IMG/VR virus record: IMGVR_UViG_3300048813_000081
Span: 1-61,843 of that record
Reading direction: 5' to 3' (one strand)
DNA from: a virus
Lineage: Duplodnaviria; Caudoviricetes
DNA length: 61,843 nucleotides
Part shown: piece by piece, positions 58,082 to 61,843 of the stretch
Position numbering within the stretch: position 1 is the stretch's first letter
Layout of the letters: every line of letters begins with the position of its first letter
The notes under the pieces: generated by a model
Told to the model about the DNA's origin: nothing
Databases searched by the model: none
The model's input: only the letters and a program-made list of their open reading frames with translations
Program-made: the position numbers and the translations under genes

Positions 58082-58260
58082 AGCTTACCTTCCAATATTA
58101 ATAACTCACAATCATCGCAATAACCTGATTCGTTAGCATCGCATGCACAGTTTAGGCATTCTAATCTCACCGCAAACGGTGAGTTACCGTAGTTATTAAT
58201 CGGGTTTATGTCGTCTAGTGAGTTATAGTCTAAGTCGCTCATTTTATTCGCTCCCATCAC
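58078..58260 (-). CDS. Small Cys-rich protein
   Basis: CLNC..CDDC; ATGA coupling. Confidence 0.4.
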   Translation of the reverse strand: MMGANKMSDLDYNSLDDINPINNYGNSPFAVRLECLNCACDANESGYCDDCELLILEGKL

Positions 58261-58568
58261 GCTACGCGTGACGCATATAATTTACCTATTTGAGATTTCT
58301 ACTCCGTCTTCCAGCCAGCAACCTTCTTTGATAATTAAAGTTCTCATGATCTTAGTGCCTCCGTGTTTCTATATACCTATACTAGCAATACCTAGTCAGA
58401 CTGTCCATGTTCCTATAATACATAATTACTGTTTTAATAATCCAAACCAGATCCATGTGGCGATATACAAGACTGCTAGAACATCTAATATGCATATCAA
58501 TAAGTCAAACTTAAACCTATTCCAGTTTTGCCTATCAAGCTCTTGTTTTAATACGGTTCTTAATTTAC

Positions 58569-58763
58569 TCATACCGACCTCTTGCTATCCGGTGCCACTG
58601 CCCATGCCAGGCAGATTACCCAGCCTAATACAGTCCACCCTAGGAATAGATTAATCACGCCTACCGACATTAGTCTAGGCTTGTTAATACATATCAACGA
58701 TGGTGCCCAGTAGATGACTAGTGCGACTATTATCAAAAACGATCCGACTAAAAAACTTAACAT
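58569..58763 (-). CDS. Superinfection immunity protein (T4 Imm-like)
   Basis: IYWAPSLI..INLFLGWTVLGWVICLAWA signature. Confidence 0.85.
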   Translation of the reverse strand: MLSFLVGSFLIIVALVIYWAPSLICINKPRLMSVGVINLFLGWTVLGWVICLAWAVAPDSKRSV

Positions 58764-58776
58764 AATATCCCTGCCT

Positions 58777-59004
58777 TTATTTGAGCTTATTACCATACTT
58801 TGCTTGTACATAATTTACCAATGCCGTAGTGGTGTCCCATACTGTAGTTCGGCGGACTACATTCACGCGTTGAAATGATTCTTGGTTAAAATCCTTACCA
58901 GTATCGTTATTGCCTAAATGAACAGCGCGATTTTTTGGTGCTTGTAATCTAGCTAAGCGATCTTGAGTTTTAACATGTGGGTTTAAATTACTATCTGATA
59001 ACAC
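58777..59004 (-). CDS. Hypothetical protein
   Basis: GGAGG RBS; coupled ORF. Confidence 0.45.
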   Translation of the reverse strand: MLSDSNLNPHVKTQDRLARLQAPKNRAVHLGNNDTGKDFNQESFQRVNVVRRTTVWDTTTALVNYVQAKYGNKLK

Positions 59005-59189
59005 TATACGCCTCCCATATACTTATCGATACTAATAATCTGAGCCGCTAATAATACTTGGCCATGTACGTCTAGTTCTAATTGATTGTCAGTTAATGCG
59101 GCTCTTGTATAATCTTTCCATAATTTGTCCGGTGCTTGTCCTTCAGTACTGACACTGAATTCTGCTTTTAAATATTCTGTTGTAATCAT
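59004..59189 (-). CDS. Hypothetical protein
   Basis: AGGTG upstream; coupled ORF. Confidence 0.45.
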   Translation of the reverse strand: MITTEYLKAEFSVSTEGQAPDKLWKDYTRAALTDNQLELDVHGQVLLAAQIISIDKYMGGV

Positions 59190-59388
59190 CCTGTCACCTT
59201 ATCTAAGTCTACTAAAATAATTGTAATTAACGCCGTGATACTAAATATACAGATGGTAATCATATAGTTTGACCTGTCATCCAGTTCAGCTCTATGGTTA
59301 GTAAATATCTTGCAAGAATCGCGGTAACTGATATGTCTAACATGTTCTTGTCCTCTTGTCTGAAGTTGTAATACTACTGTTATATCAA

Positions 59389-59416
59389 ATAGCTACCTAC
59401 GTGTATAGGTAGCTAT
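59389..59416. terminator. Hairpin ATAGCTACCTA/TAGGTAGCTAT
   Basis: 11-bp inverted repeat downstream of 59448..59651. Confidence 0.55.
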
Positions 59417-59447
59417 CTAACAGTTTTACATAATCACTATTTAGTGT

Positions 59448-59651
59448 TTACATTCTAGATAAGAGATTTAAATCCCTAGTTAGTACCTGATTTTCTAATA
59501 TCAATCTCTGAATTATATTAGACTGCATATTTGCTTTACCTTCTAATGATGCTATGCGTACATGGCAATCTTTCATTAACTCATGGCTAGCATGCTCCGC
59601 TTGCCTATAATGCACCTGCTCTGTTGTTGGACGTCCTATAGTTGTAATCAT
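59448..59651 (-). CDS. Hypothetical coiled-coil protein
   Basis: AAGGAG RBS. Confidence 0.55.
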   Translation of the reverse strand: MITTIGRPTTEQVHYRQAEHASHELMKDCHVRIASLEGKANMQSNIIQRLILENQVLTRDLNLLSRM

Positions 59652-59847
59652 TTCTCATACTCCTTGTTTGGTTACTGTATCTCTCCCACATATCACCTTG
59701 TCGTGCCACATTGGGGGGGGGGAGTATGTCAATTAAAGTGGACATAACCAGTGTAGGTACACCATGCATGAATACTAATACTGATAATTTTTAACTTTAC
59801 AATCGTTAATTACGTATTGATTTTATAGAGGTGTCATGATAAATAGG

Positions 59848-60297
59848 CTAACTATCGGTCGCTGTGAAGTGTCGGTAATCGATCAACTTCACCGGAGCGC
59901 GTTTAATCACGCCACCGGACGTACGTATGGTAAGGTCTAGGATAAAATCCATGGGATATATGACTACCGTTGTTAATAAGCATGGCCTGTATAATTCCTT
60001 TTCGATACCTACTACATAGTCTCCGACCTTAACGCCATACTTGTTCAGATCGCTCTCAGGAAAAATATACGCAATACAGCCCGTTTGTAGGTTTATGGTA
60101 CAACCTATAAGCCCTCTGATATTTGAGCGCCTTACAGAGCCAACCAGCGGCTTGCCATGTTTATCTAGAGCGGGATGTTGTATGCATAATGTAGGGGGAT
60201 TGGATATGTAGCCCTGCAGTGGTGTTGCAATGCACGGCAAATAAGCTATTAGATAGATGATTAATAGGCTAGTAGTTTGTGTGTTAGGTAATTTCAT
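59848..60297 (-). CDS. Exported PDZ-like protein
   Basis: Signal-like N-terminus (CIA|T); GLIGC..IAYIFPESDL.KYGVKVGDYVVGIE..LDLTIR. Confidence 0.6.
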   Translation of the reverse strand: MKLPNTQTTSLLIIYLIAYLPCIATPLQGYISNPPTLCIQHPALDKHGKPLVGSVRRSNIRGLIGCTINLQTGCIAYIFPESDLNKYGVKVGDYVVGIEKELYRPCLLTTVVIYPMDFILDLTIRTSGGVIKRAPVKLIDYRHFTATDS

Positions 60298-60796
60298 TAG
60301 TTTTCATTATATGTTTTAATATGTGTTGTTTAATCTGAAAATTGCGTATGTAACTATTACCTTTGGCGTTTTTAATGATAGTACAGCCTAAGTTTTTTAA
60401 TACGGTCAAAAGCATACGATTATCGATTTCATTATATCGTTTGTCCTTACGGACAATATCCCATAGTTGATTAAAAGAACAGTCTTCATGTGATGGGAAG
60501 CAAAGTTCAGTCAGTAATCTTTGCACTACATACATGTTGGTACTTACAACTCTAGGGCGCAAAGCGTAGGATCTTTGTCTGTTCCTGTACCATTGTTGAA
60601 TATTATTAGATTTCAATACTTGACCTAACACCTTCTTCGAAGGTGTTTTTGTGCGCTTATCAATACAATAGTGCTGTAAACGCCCATGTATTTGATTTAA
60701 GAACATGGGCGGAAAATCTATTGATATCCGTTGATAATGAAATGTTAAAAACTTGTTAATTAACTTTGCGCTTTCTGGGTTTATTTGTCTATTCAT
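60284..60796 (-). CDS. Putative DNA-binding protein with two D5-C-terminal-like winged-helix repeats
   Basis: Two repeats resembling the wHTH end of 55427..56929 (SKK.(L/F)G..L....I....R.Y). Confidence 0.5.
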   Translation of the reverse strand: MNRQINPESAKLINKFLTFHYQRISIDFPPMFLNQIHGRLQHYCIDKRTKTPSKKVLGQVLKSNNIQQWYRNRQRSYALRPRVVSTNMYVVQRLLTELCFPSHEDCSFNQLWDIVRKDKRYNEIDNRMLLTVLKNLGCTIIKNAKGNSYIRNFQIKQHILKHIMKTNEIT

Positions 60797-60822
60797 AAAT
60801 ACCTGGAGACGACAACAGATAG

Positions 60823-60851
60823 ACTATATGGGATCAAAGAGTTAAAGTCAA
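60823..60851 (-). promoter_or_regulatory. Sigma70-type promoter TTGACT-17-TATAGT
   Basis: Upstream of 60284..60796. Confidence 0.7.
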
Positions 60852-60922
60852 CTATTCGAAAAGTGTATTGGATGACAACAGATAAGGTTTAATATTGTGC
60901 AAAATGTAAGCTCTGTATGCTT

Positions 60923-60951
60923 TTGACAGATAGGACACATATATCTATAAA
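60923..60951 (+). promoter_or_regulatory. Sigma70-type promoter TTGACA-17-TATAAA
   Basis: Divergent from the previous promoter; points into non-coding DNA. Confidence 0.6.
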
Positions 60952-61239
60952 TCAATAGGTGGCAATAAAAGAATAGCTGTAAACGTAATAGATACGTAGA
61001 ATAGACCTTATCACTACAGTTGTTCTGACTGAGCCAAAATTCAACTACAGCTCAAAAAACGCCATAAACCCAATCTCAGACAGTGTTTCCGGACTTTTAC
61101 AAACCCTTATCGGTTGTCGTGGACCTGTTTACCCTAAAACTTAGTCGTATTGTCGTATTATTCTCTTAACCTACAGTTAACACTAGCGCTAGCTAGCGCT
61201 AGGTATTGAATAGTTAAATACATACACGCAACGCGATAA

Positions 61240-61266
61240 AACAGACAGCGTTTAGTGCTGTCTGTT
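61240..61266. terminator. Hairpin AACAGACAGC/GCTGTCTGTT (possibly bidirectional terminator)
   Basis: 10-bp inverted repeat with A/T flanks. Confidence 0.6.
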
Positions 61267-61318
61267 AACTGTTAAATGTTCGCTGCTATCGGTAATGCTC
61301 CGATCTCTGATATCCCTA

Positions 61319-61438
61319 TCAGCCTGACAACTTTGTAGTCAGCGGTTTACTTGGCTTCCAGGTCGTGGAACAGATACCGTGTGAGCAAGCGGTTGGGCTA
61401 GTGAATAAACCTCTTATGTAATTAATTAACTTACGCAT
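61319..61438 (-). CDS. Small protein (39 aa)
   Basis: Hand translation MRKLINYIRGLFTSPTACSHGICSTTWKPSKPLTTKLSG; GGAGG RBS; hairpin downstream. Confidence 0.45.
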   Translation of the reverse strand: MRKLINYIRGLFTSPTACSHGICSTTWKPSKPLTTKLSG

Positions 61439-61499
61439 TGCCTTGTCCTCCGTGCCTTAGTAATACTATATTAGCAAGAACTCAGGCGCTTGCATATGT

Positions 61500-61843
61500 A
61501 GCTGTATAACAGTGTTTACATAAGTACACATATGGCTAGATAGTGTATAACAGTGTTTACACAGTGTTATATGCATATATACATACACAGCCTGCCAGGC
61601 TGTATGTAACAGTGTTTACATAAGTACACATAGTAACGGTGGATGTCACACACACACACATACATACGCATGCCATACAGTGGCAGGCGTTACATAGCGT
61701 AGGTATATACATATAAGTACATGCGTTACGTAACCAGCTAGGCGTGGCAAGCGTTACATAACTTCATGAAGATATGTGAAGATGTGTGTATGTGTGCGTA
61801 TGTGAAGAGATGTAACGATATGTGAAGCAGGGTATGCCCCCCC
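61500..61843. repeat. Non-coding repeat region (iteron-like and alternating purine/pyrimidine tracts)
   Basis: TAACAGTGTTTACATAAGTACACATA at 61507 and 61607, 14-nt core at 61548; (CA)n/(TG)n tracts; TGTGAAG repeats. Confidence 0.75.

Noticed and set aside
61500-61700. CRISPR array
   Set aside because: Only two full copies and one partial copy, irregular low-complexity spacers, no cas operon; the PD-(D/E)XK gene is a typical phage exonuclease.
1-61843. Stop-codon reassignment
   Set aside because: Long genes are intact under the standard code, and TAA, TAG and TGA all terminate well-defined genes.
1-61843. Prophage or eCIS/tailocin interpretation
   Set aside because: No integrase, att site or host housekeeping genes; capsid, portal and terminase are present, so it is a true phage.

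Overview
This window is most of a tailed dsDNA phage genome with a contractile (myovirus-type) tail. It starts inside a Gly-rich virion gene and ends in a non-coding repeat region; no terminal repeat, integrase, DNA polymerase, tRNA or CRISPR array is visible. Layout: (i) 1-19.1 kb, + strand: scaffold, major capsid, neck, sheath, tube, a tail chaperone with a -1 frameshift, a tape measure with an SLT domain, and the hub. (ii) 19.2-30.3 kb, - strand: spike, gp25-like, baseplate J, wedge and fibres. (iii) 30-39.8 kb accessory block: SLOG protein, sedolisin S53 protease, HDAC-like deacetylase, Ntn protease, AEP primase, amidase endolysin, patatin. (iv) Portal and terminase at 39.8-43.9 kb. (v) DNA metabolism and early genes to the end: Dam-like MTase, ClpS-like, Bet-like, SF2 helicase, PD-(D/E)XK, VRR-NUC, D5 helicase, Imm. 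Seven free-standing homing endonucleases and one remnant are scattered through it. Most notable: a promoter-driven, ORF-poor, highly base-paired ~460-nt candidate ncRNA with a ~65-nt companion at 28.0-28.6 kb; two paralogous fibre-like proteins with Sec-type signal peptides; an Ntn protease whose catalytic Thr would be exposed by signal peptidase; a set of proteome-remodelling enzymes; and endonucleases that appear to have replaced the ends of neighbouring genes. All product calls come from motif recognition and synteny, not database searches.
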